A stretch of DNA of 64,000 bases, from NCBI GenBank assembly GCA_051007055.1, contig JBPCSO010000080.1, forward strand, positions 2,702-66,701. The letters run 5' to 3'. Of the stretch, positions 1 through 8,881 are shown piece after piece. A model generated the notes under the pieces. The model searched no databases. It was not told the origin of the DNA and saw nothing but the letters and a program-made list of their open reading frames with translations. The DNA is from Roseomonas sp. (GTDB lineage: Bacteria > Pseudomonadota > Alphaproteobacteria > Acetobacterales > Acetobacteraceae). The number at the start of each line of letters is the position of its first letter. Positions within the stretch are counted from its first letter, which is position 1. The position numbers and the translations under genes were made by a program.

Positions 1-1620
1 ATCAACCTCAATCTTGGGAAGCGTCGCATTATGCACCATGCTGCGCTTGCTGATTCCGCCGCGGCAATTGCGTACCGCCACCAATTCGCGCGAAAGCCCG
101 AAGCGGCCCGCAATATCCGCCTGCAATGAAGCACCACTCACGAAGGTCACGGCAGATAACAGACGGGAACGCCCATAGCTGCCGAACATCGGCCGATAAT
201 GCACCGGCTGCGGCGTGGGGATAGAGGCATTGGGGTCCCCCATCAGCGCCATCGCAATCGTACCGCCCTTCAACACCATATCGGGCTTCACGCCGAAAAA
301 GGCCGGTGTCCACATCACCAGATCGGCGATCTTGCCCACTTCGACGCTGCCAACATGATCAGCAACACCTTGCGCAATCGCCGGATTGATCGTGTATTTC
401 GCGATATAGCGCTTAGCGCGCGCATTGTCGTTGTCGCCCTTTTCTTCCGGCAAGCGCCCGCGCTGCACCTTCATCTTATGCGCGGTCTGCCAGGTGCGGA
501 TGATCACCTCACCCACCCGCCCCATCGCCTGGCTGTCAGATGACATCATGCTGATGGCGCCGATATCATGCAGAATATCTTCGGCCGCGATGGTTTCCTT
601 GCGGATGCGGCTTTCGGCAAAGGCCACATCTTCCGCAATGCGTGGATCAAGATGGTGGCAGACCATGAGCATATCCAAATGCTCATCTACGGTGTTCACC
701 GTGTAAGGCATGGTGGGGTTGGTGGAAGAAGGCAGCACGCCCGCTTCACCGACCAGGCGCAGAATATCCGGCGCATGGCCACCACCCGCACCTTCGGTAT
801 GGAAGGCTTGAATGGTGCGGCCACGAATGGCCTTGATGGTTTCCTCAACAAAACCACTTTCATTCAGCGTGTCGGTGTGGATGGCGATTTGGATATCCAT
901 CTCATCGGCAACCGATAGGCAGTTATCAATCGCCTTGGGTGTGGTGCCCCAATCCTCATGCAGTTTCAGCCCACAGGCGCCCGCGCGGATTTGTTCTTCC
1001 AAGCCCGCTGGCAGCGCAGCATTGCCCTTGCCGAGGAAGCCAAGGTTCATCGGGAAGCCCTCGGCGGCCTGCAACATACGCTCCATATGCCAGGGCCCGG
1101 GCGTGCAGGTGGTAGCCAGCGTGCCATGCGCCGGGCCAGTGCCGCCGCCGAACATGGAGGTAACGCCGGAAGCCAAAGCTTCTTCGATCTGCTGCGGGCA
1201 GATGAAATGGATATGCACATCGAGCCCGCCTGCGGTCAGGATGCGCCCTTCACCCGCGATGATTTCCGTGCCCGGGCCAATGATGATATCCACATTGGGT
1301 TGCGTATCCGGATTGCCCGCCTTGCCGATCGCGGCAATACGCCCACCGCGCAAGCCGATATCCGCCTTCACCACGCCCCAGTGATCCAGGATCAGCGCAT
1401 TGGTGATGACCGTATCCATCGCACCTTTGGCGCGTGTGACTTGCGATTGGCCCATGCCATCGCGGATCACCTTGCCGCCGCCGAATTTCACTTCCTCACC
1501 ATAGGTGGTCAGGTCGCGCTCAACCTCGATAAAAATTTCCGTATCGGCCAGGCGCACACGGTCGCCGACCGTTGGGCCATACATGCCGGCATAGGCGGCG
1601 CGAGAAATTTTCGTTGCCAT
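1..1620 (-). CDS. ureC: Urease subunit alpha (3' end runs off the window)
   Basis: Manual translation from ATG at 1620 gives [58 protein letters not shown], the canonical UreC N-terminus. It lies directly downstream of ureB. It is absent from the ORF track because there is no stop in the window. Confidence 0.97.
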   Translation of the reverse strand, partial: MATKISRAAYAGMYGPTVGDRVRLADTEIFIEVERDLTTYGEEVKFGGGKVIRDGMGQSQVTRAKGAMDTVITNALILDHWGVVKADIGLRGGRIAAIGKAGNPDTQPNVDIIIGPGTEIIAGEGRILTAGGLDVHIHFICPQQIEEALASGVTSMFGGGTGPAHGTLATTCTPGPWHMERMLQAAEGFPMNLGFLGKGNAALPAGLEEQIRAGACGLKLHEDWGTTPKAIDNCLSVADEMDIQIAIHTDTLNESGFVEETIKAIRGRTIQAFHTEGAGGGHAPDILRLVGEAGVLPSSTNPTMPYTVNTVDEHLDMLMVCHHLDPRIAEDVAFAESRIRKETIAAEDILHDIGAISMMSSDSQAMGRVGEVIIRTWQTAHKMKVQRGRLPEEKGDNDNARAKRYIAKYTINPAIAQGVADHVGSVEVGKIADLVMWTPAFFGVKPDMVLKGGTIAMALMGDPNASIPTPQPVHYRPMFGSYGRSRLLSAVTFVSGASLQADIAGRFGLSRELVAVRNCRGGISKRSMVHNATLPKIEVD

Positions 1621-1623
1621 GGG

Positions 1624-1929
1624 TCAGACCGCCCCTTCCGTTTCGCCGCGAAAGCCATGGATGATGCGCGCGCCTGAAAGCGGGATCAGGCGCACCTTGC
1701 GCGTCTGCCCCGGTTCAAAACGCACTGCCGTGCCGGCTGCGATATCCAGGCGGCAGCCGCGCGCCTTGGCGCGATCAAAATCGAGCAGCGGATTGGTTTC
1801 CGCGAAATGGTAATGGCTGCCCACTTGCACCGGGCGGTCGCCCTTATTCGCCACCGTGATTTCAACCGCGTCGCGGGAAGCGTTCAGCGTAATCTCGCCA
1901 GGGGCGGTGATGATTTCGCCGGGGATCAT
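1624..1929 (-). CDS. ureB: Urease subunit beta
   Basis: MIPGE...[18 protein letters not shown]...[14 protein letters not shown] motifs; ATGA overlap with the ureA stop. Confidence 0.97.
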   Translation of the reverse strand: MIPGEIITAPGEITLNASRDAVEITVANKGDRPVQVGSHYHFAETNPLLDFDRAKARGCRLDIAAGTAVRFEPGQTRKVRLIPLSGARIIHGFRGETEGAV

Positions 1930-2390
1930 TTGCGGGCTCCCTTCTTCCGGGCGGGTTTGGCCTTTGGCTTAGCCTTCGCGGCTTTCGCCTTCGGCTTAGT
2001 AGCGACTTTGGTTTTGGCTTTTGGTGCGGCTTTCACCTTTACCTTCGCCGCAGGCTTTGCCTTGGCGCCGGGCTTCTTCGCTACCGCCGCACGAATGGGC
2101 TGATGCACCGTCACCAGCTTGGTGCCATCCGGGAAGGTCGCTTCCACCTGGATTTCATGGAGCATCTCGGCGATGCCTTCCATCACCTGGTCACGCGTCA
2201 GCACGGTGGCGCCATCGCGCATCAATTCTGCAACGCTGCGGCCATCGCGCGCCCCTTCCACCACGAAATCCGTGATCAGCGCCACGGCTTCGGGGAAGTT
2301 CATTTTCAGGCCGCGTTCCAGGCGCCGTCGCGCCACGACAGCAGCCATCGCAATCATCAGCTTGTCTTTTTCACGCGGGGTCAGGTTCAT
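1926..2390 (-). CDS. ureA: Urease subunit gamma with a 54-aa Lys/Ala/Pro-rich C-terminal extension
   Basis: Residues 1-100 are canonical UreA ([11 protein letters not shown]...[18 protein letters not shown]). Residues 101-154 are a basic low-complexity tail. Confidence 0.96.
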   Translation of the reverse strand: MNLTPREKDKLMIAMAAVVARRRLERGLKMNFPEAVALITDFVVEGARDGRSVAELMRDGATVLTRDQVMEGIAEMLHEIQVEATFPDGTKLVTVHQPIRAAVAKKPGAKAKPAAKVKVKAAPKAKTKVATKPKAKAAKAKPKAKPARKKGARK

Positions 2391-2438
2391 GGCGTTGGGT
2401 TCCGCATTCGCTGTGCCATCATCATGGGATCTTATGCT

Positions 2439-3269
2439 TCATGTCGTCCATAGGCGCGGCAGCCGCGCCGGCAGGCCAAGCGCCGGGCGCAGCCGGCAAA
2501 TCGCCGCCCCCAGCCCTTCGCGCACCGGAACGGCACCGCCGAGCCAGCGCGTGACCAAAAGCCCAGGCCGCACAAGGCTCGCCAGCGCGCCATCTTCGCG
2601 CAACGCATCACGCAAATCGGGCGAGGCCAGCGGGCCGGCCAGCACCAGGCTGCCCAGCGCTTCGGCACCCGCAAAACCAAAGGGGTCGGCGAAATCGGCG
2701 GCGATATCCTCAGTAAGGCTGAGCCCATCCACCCAAAGCAGCCTGCCACCGCGTTGGATGCGCCAGGAATCCTGAAGCGCGCCGCGCCGCCAGGTCTCGC
2801 CCCGCGCGGCACGGCCAAAGACCAGCGCCTCCGCCATAAGCAAGGTGGCGTTCTCGGCGATATCGGCATTCAGGCGCCGTTCAAGCCGCGCCCCTTCAAA
2901 CAGGATGGTTTCCTGCGGAATCCATTCGAAGACAGCACCAGGGCCGGCTTCAAGCGTCACGGAAATCTCGGTAGCAGGGCCAAGACTGCGATAGATTTTC
3001 TCAGCCGCCGGGGTGGAGAAACTGGCCCGCGCCCCGGCTCCAAGACTAAGCACGATTTCCACCTTATCGCCGCCAGCAAGGCCGCCCGCGGTATTTACCA
3101 GCGCGCAGATAGGTGCCTCATCAGCCTCGGGGTCGGGAAACAGGGCGCGCATGGGAGGCGATTGATAAAGCCCGCCCAGCACCGTGCGCCCTTCATGCAG
3201 ATGGTAATCCAATTCCAACCGCCCGCGAGAGCGCTGATGGCTAGGCTGGGGCATGGAAGCAGCATTCAT
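2439..3269 (-). CDS. ureD: Urease accessory protein UreD/UreH
   Basis: LYQSPP...LVNTAGGLAGGD...STPAAEKIYRS...EWIPQETILF motifs; upstream of ureA. Confidence 0.93.
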   Translation of the reverse strand: MNAASMPQPSHQRSRGRLELDYHLHEGRTVLGGLYQSPPMRALFPDPEADEAPICALVNTAGGLAGGDKVEIVLSLGAGARASFSTPAAEKIYRSLGPATEISVTLEAGPGAVFEWIPQETILFEGARLERRLNADIAENATLLMAEALVFGRAARGETWRRGALQDSWRIQRGGRLLWVDGLSLTEDIAADFADPFGFAGAEALGSLVLAGPLASPDLRDALREDGALASLVRPGLLVTRWLGGAVPVREGLGAAICRLRPALGLPARLPRLWTT

Positions 3270-3412
3270 GGCGCGAGATTAACCACGCCCAGCGCCCGCC
3301 ACCAAATGGCGCGGCTGAGGGCAAATTCTGCGCAAAATACAGGCAGGGAAACGGGCTGGACAGGCGGGCGCGGCGCGGCTTTGGTGGCGCAGACCAAACC
3401 GGAGGCCACCCC

Positions 3413-3886
3413 ATGCGCCGCATCACCACAGAACCGCTCACCGCCGAAGCCTTCGCCCCCTTCGGGGAGGTGCTGGAAAGCCCCGCCTCGCCGGGCCGCT
3501 CCTACATAGACAAGTTTTTGGAAAACCGCCGTGGCGGGGCGGCGCCCAGCCTTTCCTTCACCCGCGCCCTGCCGAAATCAGCGCCTTTCGTGTCCACTAC
3601 TATGGAAAGGCATGAATTCTCCTCGCAATCCTTCATTCCCATGGAAGCGGGGCGCTGGCTGGCGCTGGTGGCGCCGCATGGGGCGGATGGCTTGCCAGAT
3701 ATGGCAAAGGCGCGCGCCTTTCTGGTGCGGCCCGATCAAGGGGTCACTTATGGCGCCAATGTCTGGCACCACCCTTCGACTGTCTTCGACCGCGAAGCGC
3801 GCTTCGCGGTCTTTATGTGGAAGGACGGCACTTCAGCCGATGATGAATTTGTCGAGGTCGCCCCCTTCGAATTACATCTCGGCTGA
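3413..3886 (+). CDS. allA: Ureidoglycolate lyase (AllA family)
   Basis: EPLTAEAFAPFG, MERHEFSSQSFIP and GVTYGANVWHHP motifs; GGAG RBS upstream. Confidence 0.85.
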   Translation: MRRITTEPLTAEAFAPFGEVLESPASPGRSYIDKFLENRRGGAAPSLSFTRALPKSAPFVSTTMERHEFSSQSFIPMEAGRWLALVAPHGADGLPDMAKARAFLVRPDQGVTYGANVWHHPSTVFDREARFAVFMWKDGTSADDEFVEVAPFELHLG

Positions 3887-3894
3887 AGCATGAT

Positions 3895-4896
3895 TCACGA
3901 GCCCTGAGGCTGCTGACCGCGGGTTTTCCAGAGCGACCAGAAAATCCCGCCCGCAATGATTGCCGCCGTCACGCCAAGCGAAATGGCTGGGTCAAGCTTG
4001 CCGACCATCTGGTTCCAGAAGATCTTGCCGCCGATAAAAACCAGCACCAGCGCCAGCGCATATTTCAGGTAGTGGAAGCGATGCACCATGGCGGCGAGTG
4101 CGAAGTACAGCGCGCGCAGCCCCAGGATCGCCATGATATTCGCGGTATAGACAATGAAGGTATCGGTCGTGATGGCGAAGATCGCCGGCACGCTATCCAC
4201 CGCGAAAATCAGATCGGCGATATTGATCACGACAAGCGCTAGGAAGAGCGGCGTGGCAAAGGCCAGCTTCTTGCCCGTCGCCGGATCCATCTGGCGGACG
4301 AAGAATTTCTGGCCATGCAGCTCATCCGTCACGCGCATGTGCTTGCGCATGAAACGCACCACGGGATTCTTGGAGATATCCTGCTCCCCTTCCGGCACCA
4401 CCAGCATCTTGATGCCGGTCGCAATCAGGAAGGCGCCAAAAATATAGAGTACCCAGCTATACTGCTGTACCAGCGCCGCACCCGCCGCAATCATGATGCC
4501 GCGCAGCACAATCACGCCAATGATGCCCCAGACCAAAGCGCGGTACTGGTAGCGCGCAGGAATGGCGAAATAGCCAAAGATCAGGCTGATCACGAAGACA
4601 TTGTCTATGGACAACGCCTTTTCGATGAAAAAGCCGGTGAAAAAGGCAATGCCCGCATGGGTGCCATCTGATGTGGTAATTTCGCCATTGTCATAGGCCC
4701 ACCAGATGCCCGCGCCATAGAGCATGGCAAAGGCGATATAGAAGGCGGAAAGCCAAAGGCTTTGCGCCACGCCCATTTCCTTGTCCTTACGATTCAAAAC
4801 GCCAAGGTCAAAGGCCAGCAATAGCATGACAATAAGCAGGAAGCCTTTCCACATCCAGAAAGGCTTGCCCATCCATTCAGCAGCAAGGAATTCCAT
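3895..4896 (-). CDS. TerC/Alx family integral membrane protein (putative Mn2+/metal homeostasis)
   Basis: EKALSIDNVFV, DLIFAVDSVPAIFAIT and NIMAILGLRALYF motifs. ATG at 4896 with GAGG upstream is preferred over the TTG at 4902. Confidence 0.92.
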   Translation of the reverse strand: MEFLAAEWMGKPFWMWKGFLLIVMLLLAFDLGVLNRKDKEMGVAQSLWLSAFYIAFAMLYGAGIWWAYDNGEITTSDGTHAGIAFFTGFFIEKALSIDNVFVISLIFGYFAIPARYQYRALVWGIIGVIVLRGIMIAAGAALVQQYSWVLYIFGAFLIATGIKMLVVPEGEQDISKNPVVRFMRKHMRVTDELHGQKFFVRQMDPATGKKLAFATPLFLALVVINIADLIFAVDSVPAIFAITTDTFIVYTANIMAILGLRALYFALAAMVHRFHYLKYALALVLVFIGGKIFWNQMVGKLDPAISLGVTAAIIAGGIFWSLWKTRGQQPQGS

Positions 4897-4904
4897 CCCC
4901 AAAC

Positions 4905-5025
4905 CTCATCCAATGGCGCGGATCAGCCATAGCGGGCCGAGACCGCGCAGTGTTGCACGATCCGACATCGCGATGGGTCGCCATAGAAGCGCGACTCCCG
5001 CCAGAGGGGCCCGGATTGGACAGGA
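4905..5025 (-). promoter_or_regulatory. Structured 5' leader of terC, candidate cis-regulatory RNA (terC-motif-like)
   Basis: Nested stems read by eye on the minus strand. TCCAAT/ATTGGA closes the element next to the RBS; other stems are GTCGC/GCGAC and GCGCGG..TCGGCC/GGCTGA..CCGCGC, with a CGTGCAACAC linker. Confidence 0.45.
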
Positions 5026-5188
5026 TGTGGTGAAGGCCGGAATGCTTTTCAAGCCCCATTGCGGCGGCGCCTTCAAGGAACCATTTGGGGGTTTGTGCGG
5101 TGACCCCTTGGCTAATAGGTTGCCGCCATGTCATAGGGTCCGAAGAACCGCTCCGGCGGGACTTCCAACTGGGAATTGAGGCGTCGCA

Positions 5189-5461
5189 ATGGGTTCCTTC
5201 AGCATCTGGCATTGGCTTGTGGTTCTGCTGGTCGTCCTTCTGCTTTTCGGCAGCGGCAAGATCAGCGGGCTGATGGGCGATCTCGCCAAGGGCATCAAGT
5301 CCTTCAAGCAAAATATCAAGGAAGATCAGGCCGATGCCTCCATGGAGGCGCAGGCCCAGGGGCAGTCCCAGCCGGCTGGCAGCCTTCAAGGCCCCGCCGC
5401 GGCTTCTTCCACAGCGCAGGCCGCGTCCGCGCAAACTACGCCGCCCCGCCCGGGCGCCTGA
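5189..5461 (+). CDS. tatA: Twin-arginine translocase subunit TatA
   Basis: [33 protein letters not shown] signature. Confidence 0.95.
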   Translation: MGSFSIWHWLVVLLVVLLLFGSGKISGLMGDLAKGIKSFKQNIKEDQADASMEAQAQGQSQPAGSLQGPAAASSTAQAASAQTTPPRPGA

Positions 5462-5614
5462 CTGACTTGCCCGCCCTCGCGCCATTTTGGCGGGGGCGGC
5501 TTCATCCCCATCCCCGGGCATTCCAGCCTGGGCTTGGGGCCAGTGATACTATCCAGGCTGCCGGGCCAAGGTTAGAACAGTTTCGCGCTTTTTTCCGCGT
5601 GGAGGGCCCGCGCC

Positions 5615-6655
5615 ATGCTCACAACCTGGACCGTTGAGGATGGCCGCTGCCGCCTGCGTGAAGGTGCAATTTCGGACATCACCGCAGCGCTGCCTGAACC
5701 CGCCCGGGAAGTCGCCGGTGAGGTGGCTGAAGCCCAAAATCTGCGCCGCGCTGTCTGGATAGATTTGCTGAACCCAACGCCGGCGGAAGAACGCGCGGTG
5801 CAAAATGCCCTCTCGCTCGAAATCCCAACGCGCGAGGAAATGCAGGAAATCGAAAGCTCCTCCCGGCTATATCGCGAAGATGAGGCGCTGTTTCTCACCG
5901 CCAATTTTCTTTATGGCGTGGATTCGGGTGAATATGGTTCCACCCCAATCAGCTTTGTGCTGACCAATAGCACCCTGGTCACGGTACGTTATGCAACCCC
6001 GCGCGCCTTCACCGCCTTTGGCGCCAGGGCGCAGCGCCAACCCGCCTTACTGCAATCGGCCGATGCAGTGATGTTGCACCTATTTGAACAGGTCGTGGAC
6101 CGGCTGGCCGATATTCTGGAAAAAGTCGGCGCGGATATGGATAAGGCGAGCCAATCCACCTTCCGTGCGTCCCAAGCTGATTTCAAGATGCATCGGCGCA
6201 ATGACAAGCTGAAAGAAGCGCTGTTCACGCTTGGCCAGGTCGGCGAAGTGACGACACGCGCATCCGAAACCCTGCTTGGCCTTTCACGGATTCTGACCTT
6301 TGTCGGGGCCGAAAAGGCAACTGCCGTGCGCAAGGAAAACCAGGCGCTGATCAAGACGCTGGTGCGCGATGTAAGGTCCTTGGTGGAACATGCGAGTTTC
6401 CTGAATTCAAAGGCGCAGTTTCTGCTGGATGCCGTGCTTGGCGTGTTGAATGTCGAACAGAACGCCATCATCAAGACCTTTACGGTCGCCTCAGTCGCGC
6501 TTATGCCGCCCACGCTGATTGCGAGCATTTACGGCATGAATTTCGAATTCATGCCAGAACTTAAGCTGGCCCTTGGTTATCCCTTGGCGCTGGTGCTCAT
6601 GATCGTTTCAGCCATTCTGCCCATTCTCTATTTCCGGCGGAAAGGCTGGCTCTAA
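5615..6655 (+). CDS. corA: CorA-family Mg2+/Co2+ transporter
   Basis: PPTLIASIYGMNF (GMN motif) and two C-terminal TM helices. Confidence 0.93.
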   Translation: MLTTWTVEDGRCRLREGAISDITAALPEPAREVAGEVAEAQNLRRAVWIDLLNPTPAEERAVQNALSLEIPTREEMQEIESSSRLYREDEALFLTANFLYGVDSGEYGSTPISFVLTNSTLVTVRYATPRAFTAFGARAQRQPALLQSADAVMLHLFEQVVDRLADILEKVGADMDKASQSTFRASQADFKMHRRNDKLKEALFTLGQVGEVTTRASETLLGLSRILTFVGAEKATAVRKENQALIKTLVRDVRSLVEHASFLNSKAQFLLDAVLGVLNVEQNAIIKTFTVASVALMPPTLIASIYGMNFEFMPELKLALGYPLALVLMIVSAILPILYFRRKGWL

Positions 6656-6671
6656 CAAAAGAGGATTTTCG

Positions 6672-7643
6672 ATGTCGCAAGCAACCCGTATCCCCGCTTC
6701 TGTCGCTACCTGCCGTTGGGGCGGGTTCGACGCTTCCTTCCCGCCGGTGGCGAGCATCGCATCAGGCGAGACCGTCATTCTGGAATGCGTCTCGGGCGGG
6801 CCGGAAGTGATGCCTGCGCCGGAGAAGGGCTTGCCGCTGCACCCCGCCATTTCGGAAATCCATACCAAGCTGCCACGGCTCGGCGCACATATCATCACCG
6901 GCCCGGTTGAGGTGCGCGGCGCCGAGCCAGGTGACGCGCTGCGCGTGGATATCGAGAAAATCGAACTCGGCGCGGATTGGGGCTTTTGCGGCTTCCGCCC
7001 GCTTTTCGGCACGCTGCCGGAAGATTTCCCCTATCGCCGCACGCTGCATATTCCGGTGAACAAGCAAGCCATGACCTGCCGCCTGCCCTTCGGGCCGCAG
7101 GATGGCGGGCTTGATCTGCCATTGGCACCCTTCTTTGGCGTGATGGGCGTGGCGCCACCGCCCGATTGGGGAATGGTGAATACCAAGGAACCGCGCGCCA
7201 TTGGCGGCAACCTCGACAATAAGGAATTGACCGAGGGCACTACGCTATTCTTGCCCATTTTCAATAAGGGCGCGCTGTTTTCCGCAGGTGATGGCCACGG
7301 CGTGCAAGGCGATGGTGAGGTCTGCATCAATGCCCTCGAAATCTGCCTAACCGGCCATTTCAAGCTTTCGGTGGTGAAGGGCGGCGGCGCCAAGGACCCC
7401 GTGCTGAAATTCCCCCGCGCGGAGACCAAAACCCATTTTATCACCATGGGGATGAATGAGGATCTGGATTTGGCGATGAAGCAGGCGCTGCGTGAGATGA
7501 TCGCCTTCATCTGTTCGCGCACCAATCTTTCGGATGCCGACGCATATCAATTCTGCTCACTGGCCGTTGATTTCCGCGTAACGCAGACGGTGAATGGCGA
7601 AAAGGGCGTGCACGGCATGTTGAAGAAGGGGTTGTTGTTCTGA
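6672..7643 (+). CDS. Acetamidase/formamidase family protein
   Basis: TGPVEVRGAEPGD, GGNLDNKEL and FSAGDGHGVQGDGEVC motifs. Confidence 0.88.
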   Translation: MSQATRIPASVATCRWGGFDASFPPVASIASGETVILECVSGGPEVMPAPEKGLPLHPAISEIHTKLPRLGAHIITGPVEVRGAEPGDALRVDIEKIELGADWGFCGFRPLFGTLPEDFPYRRTLHIPVNKQAMTCRLPFGPQDGGLDLPLAPFFGVMGVAPPPDWGMVNTKEPRAIGGNLDNKELTEGTTLFLPIFNKGALFSAGDGHGVQGDGEVCINALEICLTGHFKLSVVKGGGAKDPVLKFPRAETKTHFITMGMNEDLDLAMKQALREMIAFICSRTNLSDADAYQFCSLAVDFRVTQTVNGEKGVHGMLKKGLLF

Positions 7644-7696
7644 AAATGCGCAACGCATCCTGCGCCCCAAAGGCTCCAGAAGGGTAGCAATTCATC

Positions 7697-8776
7697 ATGG
7701 CGTCTGGCGCAAGGGATCGCATTCCACCGCTATTCATTCTGGCGCCCTTGGCAGGCATCGGTGTTTGGCTTGGCATTGGTAAGGTCGGGGTTGAGCTTCT
7801 GGCCTTGCTGACCCTTGTGACATTGCTCTGCAATGTGGTGGCGGCGGTGCATCACGCCGAAGTGGTGGCGCTGCGTGTTGGGGAGCCCTTCGGCGGCTTG
7901 ATACTGGCGCTTTCTGTCACGGTCATCGAAGCCGGGCTTATCATCTCCCTGATGCTGACTGGGGATGAGAACCCGAATCTGATGCGCGATACCTTACTCG
8001 CCACCGTCATGCTTGTGCTGCATGGCATTGCTGGGCTGGCCATTCTGGTGGGCGGCATTGTGCATCGGGAAAACCAGTTCCGGGTCGCTGGCGCCAATGC
8101 GCTTCTGGCGGTGCTGATGCCCATGGCGGTGCTGGTGCTGATCGTGCCCAATCATGTGGTATCCGCCCCAGGCCCTTATTACAGCACGGCCCAATTGGCC
8201 TTTGTTTCATTTGTTTGTCTCGCGCTCTATGGCGCCTTCCTGTTTGTGCAGACCAATCGCCACCGGGAATATTTCCTGCCGGAAGAAAGCGCTGCGGGTG
8301 AAGGGCATGCCCGCCCAAGCGGGCGCTTGGCGCTGCTGTCCTTCGCTTTGCTATGTCTTTGCCTGCTTTCGGTGGTGATGCTCGCCAAATGCCTGGCCCC
8401 AGCACTTGAAGATGGCGTCGCGGCGGCCGGTGCGCCGGTGGCAATTGTCGGCGTCATTGTCGCGGCCATTGTGCTGCTGCCAGAATCGGGGGCGGCGTTC
8501 CGCGCCGCGGCACATAACCGCATGCAGTCAGCGATCAATCTCGCGCTTGGCAGCGGTGTTGCCTCGATTGGTCTGACCGTGCCAACCGTCGCCCTGGTGA
8601 CATGGTGGTATGGTCAACCCCTGGCCCTTGGCGTTTCGCCAGGGCATTCCGTGCTCCTGGCCCTTGGCTTCGCCGTGGCCATGCTGACTTACGGAACCGG
8701 CAGAACCAATATCCTTTCCGGCATTGTGCATCTGATCTTGGCGGCGACCTTCGTTTTCACGATTTTTGCGCCGTGA
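7697..8776 (+). CDS. chaA: Ca2+(Na+)/H+ antiporter, ChaA/CAX family
   Basis: HHAEVVALRVGEPFG..ILALSVTVIE and VLLPE..AA..AA..NRMQ..INLALGS motifs; very hydrophobic. Confidence 0.85.
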   Translation: MASGARDRIPPLFILAPLAGIGVWLGIGKVGVELLALLTLVTLLCNVVAAVHHAEVVALRVGEPFGGLILALSVTVIEAGLIISLMLTGDENPNLMRDTLLATVMLVLHGIAGLAILVGGIVHRENQFRVAGANALLAVLMPMAVLVLIVPNHVVSAPGPYYSTAQLAFVSFVCLALYGAFLFVQTNRHREYFLPEESAAGEGHARPSGRLALLSFALLCLCLLSVVMLAKCLAPALEDGVAAAGAPVAIVGVIVAAIVLLPESGAAFRAAAHNRMQSAINLALGSGVASIGLTVPTVALVTWWYGQPLALGVSPGHSVLLALGFAVAMLTYGTGRTNILSGIVHLILAATFVFTIFAP

Positions 8777-8881
8777 GCCACGGCGGCAAGCCATCCTACA
8801 GCCAAGCTACCGGTTGCCCGAAGCGGCCCCGCGCCCTATAGCGCCCAGGGTCCAGAAACAGCCATTAAGGTTCCCCAACAC

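Noticed and set aside
958-1677. 239-aa plus-strand ORF, and similar long ORFs at 9533-10495, 11975-13249, 18190-19194, 43800-44723, 50043-51461 and 57246-58487
   Set aside because: Antisense shadows of well-supported genes (ureC, tkt, pgk, PKS, accD, ALDH, glpX), expected in high-GC DNA; no motifs or RBS.
4900-5025. Canonical yybP-ykoY Mn2+ riboswitch before terC
   Set aside because: The closing C(G/A)AGACC strand is not present downstream on the coding strand, so it is kept only as an unassigned structured leader.
5189-5615. tatA without adjacent tatB/tatC
   Set aside because: Split tat loci are common; nothing indicates a special function.
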